Virus record (IMG/VR): IMGVR_UViG_3300031836_000045
Span: 1-25,061 of that record
Length of the DNA stretch: 25,061 bases
Strand: one strand, 5' to 3'
Source: a virus
Taxonomy: Duplodnaviria > Caudoviricetes
Every line of letters begins with the position of its first letter. The first letter of the stretch is position 1. Positions 7,326 to 16,659 of the stretch are shown here, piece after piece. The notes below the pieces were generated by a model, which was not told the DNA's origin, made no database searches, and saw only the letters and a program-made list of their open reading frames with translations. Both the position numbers and the translations under genes were made by a program.

Positions 7326-9946
7326 CAGCGTGCCCCCGCCGTCATCATCGATACCCGGTTGCTGTCATGATCCTGCAGCGATGCATCGACCACACCTTGC
7401 ATCGTCGCGATAAGTTGACCGTCACGATCCACAAATGTGAGGTTCACCGTGGAAGGCATCGCACCGGAGCCCGGAGCGGCCATCACGTTGGACCGGTATG
7501 GGCTGCCCATCGCGGCACCTGAGTATGACGACGCACCGAGTTGCCCACCGCCCGCAAACGAACCCATCGACAGGCCAGCGAACACCCCAGCGACGTCCAT
7601 ATTATTCATCGCCGTCATCGTGTTTGTGCCCCAGAAGTTGTGCGCCGCGGCCGTCTGCATGAACTCACCGTTGGACGCCGAGACGAGGACATCATCAGAT
7701 GTACCTGTCCCGGGTCCAACGATCGGGCCGCCACCGGCATACTTCGTCGTGCCACCCTGGGTGCCCATCGCAATACGAAGGTTCTTGTTGCCAGTGGTCG
7801 AGCGCAGTTGGTCCTGGATCCTTTTGAGCGACTGGTAGGTGTCGGCATAACCCTTGAGCACAATTGTGGTGTCGACCTTGGTGGGGATCAACCCGTAGGC
7901 GTCCGCGAGCTTATTGGCTTCCTTCTTCGTGGCACCCATCCTTGTCGCGGTCTTGATGAACGCGTCACGTTGGGTGCTCATGTCTTCATTCATGCCCTTG
8001 ACGGACGTGCCCGCATCGTTCTGAGCGTCACGGAAGGTCAGTGCAGACTCGGCGATGCCCCGCAACGCTGCATCGTTGTCGCGCCCCTTCTGCGTGTTCA
8101 GATCGAGCGTCCTACCGTTCTCCTTAACCGCGTCAGTCGCGTCATCCACGGACTGCTCATAGCTCGACAGAGCCGCGCGTGAGTCGAGCGCCACCCCCGC
8201 AATGTCGGCCTGAAGGGTGATCTGTTCCGAGAGCAAGTCATTGAAAGACTTGACCTTGTCGCCCGCGTCCTCCGTAGCGTCAGTGAGTTCCTCAGTCGAG
8301 TCCGTCTGCTCGTCTGTAGAGTCGGCCGCCAATCGAGTCTGGTTTTCCGCGTCCGCGAGCGCATCTGTGTAGGCGGGCAGAAAGTCCTTAACGTCCTCGT
8401 ATTTGAACCCGAGGTTCTCAATTGCCGTCGCGGCCTCGTCGGCGTTACCGGACTGCACGAGCGATGACAGGCCCTCGTCGAGGGTGGCGAAGAGCTCCTC
8501 CGATTGGGTGCGAGATGTCGAGGTTGCCTGACCGAACGTCACGACGGAGGAGATCACGTTGTCTATTTGGTCTTCAACAGACGTGTCCTTAAGCACCGCA
8601 TACGCGCGCTCAAGGCTGTCGACGTCGTTACCCGTAAACCAGTCTTTGAAGCCGCCTCGGTCGATCATCTTGCCGATTGACGTCTTTGTGATGTCGGCGC
8701 CCTCAGCGATGTCGAGTAGCGCTGATGTGACTTCGCTCGCACCCTCGACCGTCTCAGTGCCCCACTCTGGAATTTTTGACGATGCCACCATGACGGCCAG
8801 CGCCGCACCGACGGGCCCGATCACCTTGCCGAGTTTGCTGAAGCTCGTTGTGTTCGCTTTGTTTGCAGCGGTGTTTGCCGCCGTGATGGCCGTGTTCGCG
8901 GCTGTAGTGGCCGTAAGGGTGATTGATGCCGCGATCGCGGCATTCGTCGCTACGGTGTCGGCCGTCTTGAGTGGGATCGATCGACCAAGAACAGTGTTGC
9001 TCACGGTCTTCGCGGCAGTCCACGCCCACTCCGCGCCCGCCGCAATAGTCGTGGCCGTCGTCGAGATTGCCTGCCAGTTCGCTGCAACAGCGATCGCAGC
9101 CGAGAGCGTGCCCACCGCGATCGCGATCGCCACCGTCGCACCGTGATGATCATCCATCCAGTCCAACGCGGACAGCCCGGCACTCGTCAAAGTGAGCACG
9201 GCTGGCAGCAGTTGCTCGCCAAGCTCAGCCGTCATGTTCTCCGACGCGGCCGCGACGATCTTCTGCTGGTTGGCCAGATCGCCCGACGTGCGGGCAAAGT
9301 CACCCGTCGCATTCGACGCGTCCTTGTTGATCACAGCAAGCGTCGCCGCGACCTTCTCCTGAGCGGTGAGCTCAGACGCCACAGACTTGCCCGTGGTCGC
9401 GAGCGCCTCGCTCTCAATACGGGCGGCGCTGATGTTAGGGATGAGTAGTTTGAGGGAGTCGTACTCGCCACGCATTGCGCCCTGGATGCGGAGCAGTACG
9501 TCTTCGGTGGGGAGGTTGCGGAACGACCCGAGGTCGGCGGCGAGTTGCACGGTGCTCTGCGACAGTGATGCCGCCTCGTCACCAGAGAACTGCAGCTGCG
9601 TGAACATGTCGCCAAACGTGGCCGTCGCCTCGAGTGCGGCCTGCTTGGACAGGCCCACGGTGCGATCGGCGGTGTCGGCCCAGGTGATCATCTCGTCGGC
9701 CTGGTTGCCGAAGACGACGGAGGCCATGTTGGTGGTCTCGACAAGGTCACGGCCAGCGTCGATCGAGTTCTTTGCGAGGAAGCCGGCAGCGGCCGCGAGC
9801 GCTATGAACTGGGCGGTGCCAGCGATGCGCAGGCCCTTGAGGGCGCGCTCCTGGTTGTCGATCTTATCGGTCATCTTGTCGAACACCTTGGACGCGTTGT
9901 CCTTCGCCAGGATGTCAAACGTGATGTTGGCGGACCGTGATGCCAT
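7325..9946 (-). CDS. Tape measure protein
   Basis: 873 aa, Ala/Thr-rich helical; N-terminal ITFDILAKDNAS; C-terminal YAGGGPIVGPGTGTSDDV...SNGEF motif. Confidence 0.95.
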   Translation of the reverse strand: MASRSANITFDILAKDNASKVFDKMTDKIDNQERALKGLRIAGTAQFIALAAAAGFLAKNSIDAGRDLVETTNMASVVFGNQADEMITWADTADRTVGLSKQAALEATATFGDMFTQLQFSGDEAASLSQSTVQLAADLGSFRNLPTEDVLLRIQGAMRGEYDSLKLLIPNISAARIESEALATTGKSVASELTAQEKVAATLAVINKDASNATGDFARTSGDLANQQKIVAAASENMTAELGEQLLPAVLTLTSAGLSALDWMDDHHGATVAIAIAVGTLSAAIAVAANWQAISTTATTIAAGAEWAWTAAKTVSNTVLGRSIPLKTADTVATNAAIAASITLTATTAANTAITAANTAANKANTTSFSKLGKVIGPVGAALAVMVASSKIPEWGTETVEGASEVTSALLDIAEGADITKTSIGKMIDRGGFKDWFTGNDVDSLERAYAVLKDTSVEDQIDNVISSVVTFGQATSTSRTQSEELFATLDEGLSSLVQSGNADEAATAIENLGFKYEDVKDFLPAYTDALADAENQTRLAADSTDEQTDSTEELTDATEDAGDKVKSFNDLLSEQITLQADIAGVALDSRAALSSYEQSVDDATDAVKENGRTLDLNTQKGRDNDAALRGIAESALTFRDAQNDAGTSVKGMNEDMSTQRDAFIKTATRMGATKKEANKLADAYGLIPTKVDTTIVLKGYADTYQSLKRIQDQLRSTTGNKNLRIAMGTQGGTTKYAGGGPIVGPGTGTSDDVLVSASNGEFMQTAAAHNFWGTNTMTAMNNMDVAGVFAGLSMGSFAGGGQLGASSYSGAAMGSPYRSNVMAAPGSGAMPSTVNLTFVDRDGQLIATMQGVVDASLQDHDSNRVSMMTAGAR

Positions 9947-9966
9947 TGTCGTTCACCCCCTCGGTG

Positions 9967-10242
9967 TCATGCAGTTCGGTTGTGGAGTGCAGCCATTTGG
10001 GCGTCGAGGTCCTCGCAGAAGATGAGGAACTGCTCCAGGGTGAGTGACCACACGTCGTGTGGCGTCAGGTGGTACGTGCGAGCGAACGTGGGCAGCCGGC
10101 GCAAGACGGAGACAGCGACTGATTCCTCTTGCGCGACCGGTGGCCACGGAGCAGGTACGTCTAGTTCTCTGGTGCGGCGTCGACGGCCTGACCGGAATCC
10201 GTCGACGCCTCCTGAGGGTCTCCGTCGTCGCCTTCCGGTTCG
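9967..10242 (-). CDS. Tail assembly chaperone C-terminal extension (gpT-like) in the -1 frame; absent from the ORF track
   Basis: Stop-to-stop frame encoding ...ELDVPAPWPPVAQEESVAVSVLRRLPTFARTYHLTPHDVWSLTLEQFLIFCEDLDAQMAALHNRTA*; high GC3; fills the gap to TMP; no well-placed start plus SD. Confidence 0.75.
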   Translation of the reverse strand, partial: RTGRRRRRPSGGVDGFRSGRRRRTRELDVPAPWPPVAQEESVAVSVLRRLPTFARTYHLTPHDVWSLTLEQFLIFCEDLDAQMAALHNRTA

Positions 10243-10637
10243 TCAGCTCCGTGCTCGGCGAGCATTGCATGGTCGGCTTCGTCGTCAGCGATAGCCCTAA
10301 AGTCAGTGATCGACATCGCGCATACCTGCCGCCAGGTGACCGGGAACCCTGCCGTGCGCAGCGACGCGAACACTGTCAACTGGTTGCTGTGAATCTCATC
10401 CATTCCCGTGATCTCTGACGGCGGTCCGTCGTAGGGCTCGCCATTGCGCTCGGCCCGTTGCTCCAGCGATGCGAGGGTGGCGCGCATCACCAACCCCTGC
10501 AGGTCGGAGAGCCGCCACTTCAGTTGACGGAGTGCTTCCCCGAGGGCATCCATCGGCATGCCCAACGGGGCAACGATAGTGACCTTCGCGTCCGACCATG
10601 GAAGTGAGGTGTCTTGAGGGGTGAAGTGGTAGCGCAT
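10161..10637 (-). CDS. Tail assembly chaperone (gpG-like)
   Basis: ATG 10637 with SD GGAG; 158 aa with acidic C-terminus; upstream of TMP. Confidence 0.8.
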   Translation of the reverse strand: MRYHFTPQDTSLPWSDAKVTIVAPLGMPMDALGEALRQLKWRLSDLQGLVMRATLASLEQRAERNGEPYDGPPSEITGMDEIHSNQLTVFASLRTAGFPVTWRQVCAMSITDFRAIADDEADHAMLAEHGADEPEGDDGDPQEASTDSGQAVDAAPEN

Positions 10638-10650
10638 GGTGTCTCCGCGT

Positions 10651-11256
10651 CTATTCGAGGGGATGGGATTTGATGAGCTTTGCGGCGTCTTCAACGACCT
10701 GCATGATGGCCTCGCGGGCCTCAACAATGCCGGACTTGACGCCTGTAGAGAAGTACTGGTTACCGGCCTGCTCCACATAAGGCGCGTGCCCGAACGTGGG
10801 GTGACGCCACTTCTTCGAGTTCAACGCCTTGTTGATCCACGAGGGCTTAGCCGATGCGACACGCACCGATGCGCCACGGCCACTCCGAGGCGTCGTCACC
10901 CGCGTCGTGAGATTCGCGGCGGCCTGCTCCCGCAGACCCGTGTGGTAGCCGCGGGCTGACGCCTGCGACTCGATCGAGATGATGCGGGCGCCGGCCAACT
11001 TGTTCTTGTTGGCACCAGAGCGGACACCGCCACGGCGGTTCGCCATGGACTTGGTATACGTGGTCTTGGACACCACACCACCGACCGGGACACTCGCAAG
11101 GATCGCCCGCTGCCGGGCGATGATCGAGTCACCAGCCTCACGAAGCGCACGGCGGGTGCCCGTCGCCAACTTCGGGTTGATCTGCTTGAGGTCCTCAAGC
11201 AGGGGGCGCAGGTTGGTGCGTACCTCGAACGTCTGATCCGAGGACGCACCAGCCAC
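10651..11256 (-). CDS. HK97 gp10-like tail-completion/neck protein
   Basis: Basic protein with LRPLLEDLKQ...RRALREAG N-terminus and WRHPTFG...EQAGNQYF C-terminus; SD AGGAG. Confidence 0.65.
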   Translation of the reverse strand: MAGASSDQTFEVRTNLRPLLEDLKQINPKLATGTRRALREAGDSIIARQRAILASVPVGGVVSKTTYTKSMANRRGGVRSGANKNKLAGARIISIESQASARGYHTGLREQAAANLTTRVTTPRSGRGASVRVASAKPSWINKALNSKKWRHPTFGHAPYVEQAGNQYFSTGVKSGIVEAREAIMQVVEDAAKLIKSHPLE

Positions 11257-11265
11257 GACAGGCTC

Positions 11266-12294
11266 CTAGACTGCGACGTCGGTCGACTGGTAGCAGATGT
11301 ACACCGGCGCCGTCGACGCGGCCAGCGAGTCCAACCCCACGAAGTTCATGGTGGTCACGACGGGCTTGCCGCCGTTGTCCTGGGGCAGTGAGTCGTTGAA
11401 CACGATGATCGGGATGTATACCTGCAGCATCGGCTTCGACGAAGCACCGATTGTCGACGGGTGCTCGAACGTGAGGAGCAACGACAGCCGCTCCTGGTTC
11501 AGCAGGGCGTCGCGCATGGTGGTGCCCTGCAGCTCAATGTCAAGCGAACCCGTGACGTCGAGCATGCCCTGCTCGCCCGTGCGACCCCGCTTGCCCGCAC
11601 TGCCCAGGTGGTAGCCCTCGTTGTCGAGGTTGTTCGCCACCTTGACCTTGCCACCCTTAACGAACGCGACCGGGTCGCCGGCCGTGGAGGCCGGCGTCGT
11701 GGCGGTCGGCTTGGTCACTGTCGCGCCGATGTACACCTCGCCACCAACAAATGTCAGCGGTTCCGCACCCGCCGCATACGAGGGTGACGCGTAGGGCTCC
11801 GTCGTGACAACCTCACGTGAGAGCCAGTCCGTGACGAGCTTGACTATCGCACTGGAGAAGTCGATCTCGATCGAGTCACACACGGACCCGGGGAACGTGT
11901 ATGCCTGCACCGAGCCGCCACCCACAGGGGGCAGTCCCTTCTGCAGCGTGAACGACTTTGCCGGTCCCGTGCTCGTGGGCGTGTGCACTTGGAGATGTAC
12001 CCCCGTGTCGGTGGTCTCGGTAACCGTGGAGGTGCCCAGCGCGGCGTCGATCCACAGACCGAGGCCGCTCGTGCACGCTTCCAGCTGGATCTGTCCGCCG
12101 GCGTCGACCTTCTCCAGGACACGGCCCGCGGCACGCGCCATGCGAGTACCCACCCGCTGGCCTGCCGATTGGACATACGTGTTCTTGAAGTCCAGGCTCT
12201 CCCCGATGAACTCCGGGAACCTGTCAACGGTGACCGCAGTGCCGAAGGTGGACTCTTCCTTGATGCCGATCGATGAATCGAGAACGTTGGTCAT
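11266..12294 (-). CDS. Major tail (tube) protein
   Basis: IGIKEESTFGTAVT N-terminus, SFTLQKG, VTGSLDIE; 342 aa; position in tail module. Confidence 0.9.
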   Translation of the reverse strand: MTNVLDSSIGIKEESTFGTAVTVDRFPEFIGESLDFKNTYVQSAGQRVGTRMARAAGRVLEKVDAGGQIQLEACTSGLGLWIDAALGTSTVTETTDTGVHLQVHTPTSTGPAKSFTLQKGLPPVGGGSVQAYTFPGSVCDSIEIDFSSAIVKLVTDWLSREVVTTEPYASPSYAAGAEPLTFVGGEVYIGATVTKPTATTPASTAGDPVAFVKGGKVKVANNLDNEGYHLGSAGKRGRTGEQGMLDVTGSLDIELQGTTMRDALLNQERLSLLLTFEHPSTIGASSKPMLQVYIPIIVFNDSLPQDNGGKPVVTTMNFVGLDSLAASTAPVYICYQSTDVAV

Positions 12295-12297
12295 GGT

Positions 12298-12633
12298 CTA
12301 CTCTCCCTGTGCTGTCGGAGCGGGGTCGCTGCCGTCGTTGGTGGTGGAGGGCTGGTTGCCCTCCTCAGTGGTCGCGGAGAGGATGGGGATCCCGTCCTCG
12401 CCGATGGTGACGCCGGGGCCTTCCACCACCGCCGCATCCGGATTCCGAGGCTCCACGTCGGACTTCCTCGCGAGCGCGATCGCCTCTTTGCCTACCGGTG
12501 TCCAGATGCTTTGGCGGAGCAGGCGGGTGGCCTGGTCCTTGGTGACGGTGACGGTTGCTCCGGCCTTGATGACGCCTCCGAGCAGGGGGACGTCGAGGGC
12601 GCCTAGCGGTGACGTGTTCTTAATCTTGATCAT
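12298..12633 (-). CDS. Hypothetical virion-module protein
   Basis: SD AGGAGG; tightly packed between tail terminator and tail tube. Confidence 0.75.
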   Translation of the reverse strand: MIKIKNTSPLGALDVPLLGGVIKAGATVTVTKDQATRLLRQSIWTPVGKEAIALARKSDVEPRNPDAAVVEGPGVTIGEDGIPILSATTEEGNQPSTTNDGSDPAPTAQGE

Positions 12634-12642
12634 GATGGCCTC

Positions 12643-13140
12643 CTAGCCGGTGACGCGCGATCGCGCGACGAATGTGCCTGAGAACTCCCACATGCGGCCC
12701 ACGCCGCTGTCGGCCTGTGCGCGTCCGGGGATTGCTTGGAATGACTCGAGGCGGCACCACATGGCTATGCCTCCGAGGGTCGTGTCTCCGTTGGGTGCAG
12801 AGCGGCGGACGTGCTCGGCAATACGGGAGAGGTAACTGGCCGCGGCTGCGAAGGCGTCAGCATCGGCGTCCTGTTCGACGTCGACGGAGCCGGCGCGGAC
12901 TGCGTAGGTGGAGATGTCGAGGGACAGGTCCCAGTCCTGGGTGCGTTGCGATGCGGAGTTCGGGGCGTCCTCGCGGATCCCGGCGAGCTCACCGATGAGC
13001 ACGATGTCCTCGGCGGCTTCAGCGATCACTGTGCGGGTGACGTAGATGTAATCCTCATCCGCGAAGATAGCTTTCGCGGCGGCGAACATTGCGGCACGGA
13101 ACGCGACGCCGGCGTCGATGGGATTCGTTGCGGGGCTCAC
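12643..13140 (-). CDS. Tail terminator-like protein
   Basis: GTG 13140 overlaps the upstream stop (GTGA); acidic; DTTLGG motif; position. Confidence 0.7.
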   Translation of the reverse strand: MSPATNPIDAGVAFRAAMFAAAKAIFADEDYIYVTRTVIAEAAEDIVLIGELAGIREDAPNSASQRTQDWDLSLDISTYAVRAGSVDVEQDADADAFAAAASYLSRIAEHVRRSAPNGDTTLGGIAMWCRLESFQAIPGRAQADSGVGRMWEFSGTFVARSRVTG

Positions 13141-13919
13141 GCTGCGCCTGCAACCCGGGGCAAGGTCTGGAGCCACTCGAGGGCCCGCTTGGGGATCGCG
13201 TAACCCATTGACGTGACGACGGTCTGCATGCCGTCATCCGTGACCGGCGTCGCCGACTGGCGGGTCTGCTGCCACGAGTGGGCGATGATCTCCAGGCATG
13301 CCATCTGGGCGGCCACGGGGATGACCGTCCCACCCACATTGTAGGTGACGGACACCTTGGACCCGCGCGGTACGTAGGCGTGGATGATGCCGGCCGGATC
13401 GTCCACTGTGTATGCGGACTCAGAGATCAACGAACCGTCGATCTGGAGCACCACGTCCGTCACGTCCTGGTGAGGGAGGACGATGGCCGGTTGGCCGTAC
13501 ATGCTCACCTCGACCCAGGTCTCCTGGGTCGTGAACAGCGGGCCGGTGTGCCACTCCACGACGGCGGACGCGGCCGCGATGTACAGCATGATCGCGTCGA
13601 ACTTGTCGCCCGCTTTGTTGTTGCGTTGCTGCAGCCTCTCCATGGCACGCTCGCGTGACACGAGGAAGCGCGGGTCCGTGGGCCACACGTCCAGGATGTC
13701 CACGAACGTCTCCGTCGCGGTGATCCAGCGCAACACATAGCGTCCGGGCAGGGTCGGCGTCAGTGTGGCCGTGTGCGCTGCGCTGGCGTCCGTGACGATC
13801 AGTGCCGGGGCCAGCGTGGTGCCGTCCGGCTTGGTGACCGTGAGTGACGCCGTCTCCGAGTCTGGACCCGTCCACGCCACGCGTGCCGGAGCGTCTACAT
13901 AGTTGACGACATCACTCAC
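13137..13919 (-). CDS. Head-tail adaptor (gp6/gp15-like) with extra N-terminal Ig-like domain
   Basis: YIAAASAVVEWHTG, VTYNVG...IP...AAQMACLEIIAHSWQ, YAIPKRALEWL; N-terminal LTVTKPDGT...PGRYVLRW. Confidence 0.8.
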   Translation of the reverse strand: MSDVVNYVDAPARVAWTGPDSETASLTVTKPDGTTLAPALIVTDASAAHTATLTPTLPGRYVLRWITATETFVDILDVWPTDPRFLVSRERAMERLQQRNNKAGDKFDAIMLYIAAASAVVEWHTGPLFTTQETWVEVSMYGQPAIVLPHQDVTDVVLQIDGSLISESAYTVDDPAGIIHAYVPRGSKVSVTYNVGGTVIPVAAQMACLEIIAHSWQQTRQSATPVTDDGMQTVVTSMGYAIPKRALEWLQTLPRVAGAA

Positions 13920-13976
13920 GGTTCACCACCTACTCAGTTGTTCGCACGGACGTGGGGTGTAGCTGCCACAGGGTGG

Positions 13977-14345
13977 CTAGGACTTCTTTAGGAGATTGAT
14001 CTGCGTGTCGACCTGCTTGACACGCGCGTCGAGGCCACGCCGGACGTATCCGTCGCGTTCGGTGTTGAGAGCTGCGATCATCTGCTCGGCTGCCGAGGGG
14101 CCCTTCTGTCCCTTCTCAGCGTCCGCGCGTTTCTGCGCTGCCGACCGCTTGGCGGCCGTCGCAGCCTTCGACTCCTTGGGCTTCGACTCTGCGTCCGCCG
14201 GTGGTGCTGGCGTGGGAGCCGTGGCTGCTGCGGCGGCCGGCGCGGCGGCCGCCGCGGCGTTCGTCGCTGCGTTCGTCGCTGCAGGCTTCGGGTCCTCGGC
14301 CGGCGCGGTGCTCTTGGTGCTCTTGGTGCTCTTGGTTTCCGACAT
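13977..14345 (-). CDS. Hypothetical Ala/Pro/Lys-rich protein after the capsid gene
   Basis: ATG 14345 with SD GAGG; low-complexity N-terminus; helical C-terminus IAALNTERDGYVRRG. Confidence 0.8.
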   Translation of the reverse strand: MSETKSTKSTKSTAPAEDPKPAATNAATNAAAAAAPAAAAATAPTPAPPADAESKPKESKAATAAKRSAAQKRADAEKGQKGPSAAEQMIAALNTERDGYVRRGLDARVKQVDTQINLLKKS

Positions 14346-14379
14346 GATTTTCCTCACTGTTTAACTGCTGGTGGAGGGA

Positions 14380-14412
14380 GGGTGGCCCCGCGTGTGTCAC
14401 GCGGGGCCACCC
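14380..14412 (-). terminator. Hairpin just after the capsid gene (attenuator or mRNA stabiliser)
   Basis: Perfect 15-bp inverted repeat GGGTGGCCCCGCGTG-tgt-CACGCGGGGCCACCC, 9 nt after the stop. No U-tract. Confidence 0.7.
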
Positions 14413-14421
14413 GATGACCGA

Positions 14422-15831
14422 CTAGAACGTCGGCGTGACGAGACCAGTGCCACCGATGACGCGCACGGCGCCGGCGTACCGGGTGAAGCAGGTGGCCGCG
14501 TAGCCGTAGACCACGAAGTCGACAGTCAACTTCTTAGACTGCGTCTGCTCTGCACGGATCATCATCGGCGCCGAGGGGTCGAGCCACAGGTGTGCCTCGT
14601 TCTTGGCGTAGACCGCGACGACGTCCTCGTTCGTTCCCGTTCCCAGGTTCGAGGGGATGTTGCCGTCGGTGACGACCGGGTCATCCGACGGCAGGTAGCC
14701 GCGGACACCCTTGAGCGCACCAGTCGCGACACCCTGGCCCATCGCGCCGGTGTTGCGGCCGGCGATGAAGGGGTGGGTGTCGATGAACTGGTTCTGAAGC
14801 CAGCGCCACCGGTTGCGGCGCATGAGCACGCGGATGTTGTCATCCACGGCCTGGTCCTTGAGTGCATCCTCCACAGCGGAGATCCCGCCGAGGATCTTGC
14901 CGTAGAGCTCCACCGCGGTGGGTGAGGCGTCGGTGTAGGCCAACGCGGTGCCCGCAGCGATCAGACCGGTCGATGCCCGGTTGATGGCCTTGCGGTCCAG
15001 GTCCGTGTAGTACTCACGGATCAGGTCCTCGAGCATCGTGTCCACGGCCTGGGGTGCACGGTCGAGCACCTGGCGTGGTGCCGACTGGGATCCCGCGATG
15101 GTGAAGATCGGGACACTGATGAGCGCGTCATCGAAGTCCGTCTCCTCGACGGTGGCACCTTCCGATGCCTGCTCGTCGACGGTGGTGCCCGTCGACGTCT
15201 TCGGGATGTAGGCCACCAGTCCCGACTCGGGCAAGTCGTGCACCGTCATGTTGTCGGAGTTGGCGAGCTGCGCGCCCTCCTTCGCCTCGGGAGCGAAGAG
15301 GTCCGTCAGGTACTCCGGGACAGCGAACCCGGACACGTTGGCGGTGCCCGCGATGCGCTGGGAGACCGGGTTGCCGGCCGCGCTGCGGGCGTCGAGAACC
15401 TGCTTCGTCGACCGTTCGAGTCGCGATCGTGCCTCGGTGTTGCCGAGAAACGACTGCGTCAGGTCGCGCATGAACTCCTTGCCCTTGGGGTCCTTGTCTG
15501 CGCGATAGATGGACTCCTCGCGCAGGACCGTGGTCGTGGTCGAAGGCTCGCGCTCTTCGTTCGGCAGGTCAGCGCCGGCCGTGGTTTCCTGTGCGCGCTC
15601 TGCTGCTGCAGAGTCGGCCGCGATCTCGGCACTGAGGTCCGCAGCGCGGGACTCCATGCTTTCGATCTCGTCGTCGATGGCGCGCTTGGTCGAGAGTTGA
15701 GCCTCAACCTGGTCGGCGTCCGGGGCGTCCTGACCACGCAGCTCCTTGAGCTTCGTGACGGAGTCGGAACGCTCCTTGTACTTGGCGGCGACGTCGTTGC
15801 GCAACTTCGCCAGAATCTGCTTGGGATCCAT
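14422..15831 (-). CDS. Major capsid protein, HK97 fold, with N-terminal coiled-coil (delta/scaffold) domain
   Basis: 469 aa; coiled-coil N-terminus; GFAVPEYL, EQASEG, VVYGYAA motifs; SD GAAAGGA; follows the protease. Confidence 0.93.
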   Translation of the reverse strand: MDPKQILAKLRNDVAAKYKERSDSVTKLKELRGQDAPDADQVEAQLSTKRAIDDEIESMESRAADLSAEIAADSAAAERAQETTAGADLPNEEREPSTTTTVLREESIYRADKDPKGKEFMRDLTQSFLGNTEARSRLERSTKQVLDARSAAGNPVSQRIAGTANVSGFAVPEYLTDLFAPEAKEGAQLANSDNMTVHDLPESGLVAYIPKTSTGTTVDEQASEGATVEETDFDDALISVPIFTIAGSQSAPRQVLDRAPQAVDTMLEDLIREYYTDLDRKAINRASTGLIAAGTALAYTDASPTAVELYGKILGGISAVEDALKDQAVDDNIRVLMRRNRWRWLQNQFIDTHPFIAGRNTGAMGQGVATGALKGVRGYLPSDDPVVTDGNIPSNLGTGTNEDVVAVYAKNEAHLWLDPSAPMMIRAEQTQSKKLTVDFVVYGYAATCFTRYAGAVRVIGGTGLVTPTF

Positions 15832-15939
15832 GATGGGGGTCCTTTCGGATGTGGTGGTGGGGTGTGAATCCCTGCCAGACAGCCAGGACGCCAGGCGGAT
15901 GCGCGGCGGCGCGGTCGTGCGGTCTTACTGGGTGCGTCG

Positions 15940-16659
15940 CTATGCGCGGCGCGGAGCGATGTCGGCCTCAGAGATGAGGTCGACACCACGCTTGAGGGTG
16001 GCTGCGAGCGCGGGCTCGCGGCCTTCTTCGGTCTGGTCAGATGCGAGACCAGAGCCGGCGGTGAACGGGTTGGCACCGTAGCCGACGATGGCGACGTCAC
16101 CGCGGTGGAGGTCTACCTCTTGGATGTTGTACTGCAGGTAGTCTGGGGACCACTGGCCGCGGACGATGCGGAACGCGAACGACATCTCGTCGATGAGGCC
16201 GGCGCGCAGCTTGGGGACGATGTAAGCGACGTCAGGGTCGGACATCTGCAGTGTCGCTCGCACGCGGAGGCCGGATGTGTCCTCCTCGAGGGTGAGGTCC
16301 TCGGTGGTGGTGCGGGCCATGCGACGGATCTGGTCGTGGCCGACAACGAAGGGCACATCGAGGTCAGACTTCGCGAGCGTCTTGGAGAACGCGCTGGCGT
16401 CGACCACTTCGTCGTAGGGGCCGTACCAGTCCCACATCTCGTATGCGGTGTCGGTGATTGACGCGTAGCCGTCGAACTCGACGGTGCCGTCGGCGGCCGT
16501 GTCGGTGACGCGCAGCTGCGTGATGCGTGCCGAGACCCGGGCTGGTGCCGTGGGCGCTTCGGAGCATCGTCGCTGCGAGGGTCGGTCCGCAAGCGTGCGG
16601 ACTTCGAGTGAGCGCTTGGTGGCCGCGTCGGCGCGGCGCTGCAGCTGAGCGGTGGTCAT
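15940..16659 (-). CDS. HK97-family prohead protease
   Basis: FDGYAS, GHD (His), LEEDTSGL, EMSFAF (Ser), DVAIVGYGANP; ATGA overlap with portal. Confidence 0.93.
   Translation of the reverse strand: MTTAQLQRRADAATKRSLEVRTLADRPSQRRCSEAPTAPARVSARITQLRVTDTAADGTVEFDGYASITDTAYEMWDWYGPYDEVVDASAFSKTLAKSDLDVPFVVGHDQIRRMARTTTEDLTLEEDTSGLRVRATLQMSDPDVAYIVPKLRAGLIDEMSFAFRIVRGQWSPDYLQYNIQEVDLHRGDVAIVGYGANPFTAGSGLASDQTEEGREPALAATLKRGVDLISEADIAPRRA

Noticed and set aside
9953-10270. Listed 105-aa ORF as the second tail chaperone
   Set aside because: It is the +1 frame with Arg/Thr/Pro-rich off-frame composition. The -1 frame ending at 9967 has the protein-like sequence and codon bias.
13137-13145. C-terminal -AA degrons on the adaptor (AGAA) and ASCH protein (QVAA)
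   Set aside because: Ala-Ala ends arise readily at GC-rich (A/G)TGA gene overlaps, so alone they are weak evidence. The same caveat applies to RDAA at 271, which is credited only because of the att, frame and integrase context.
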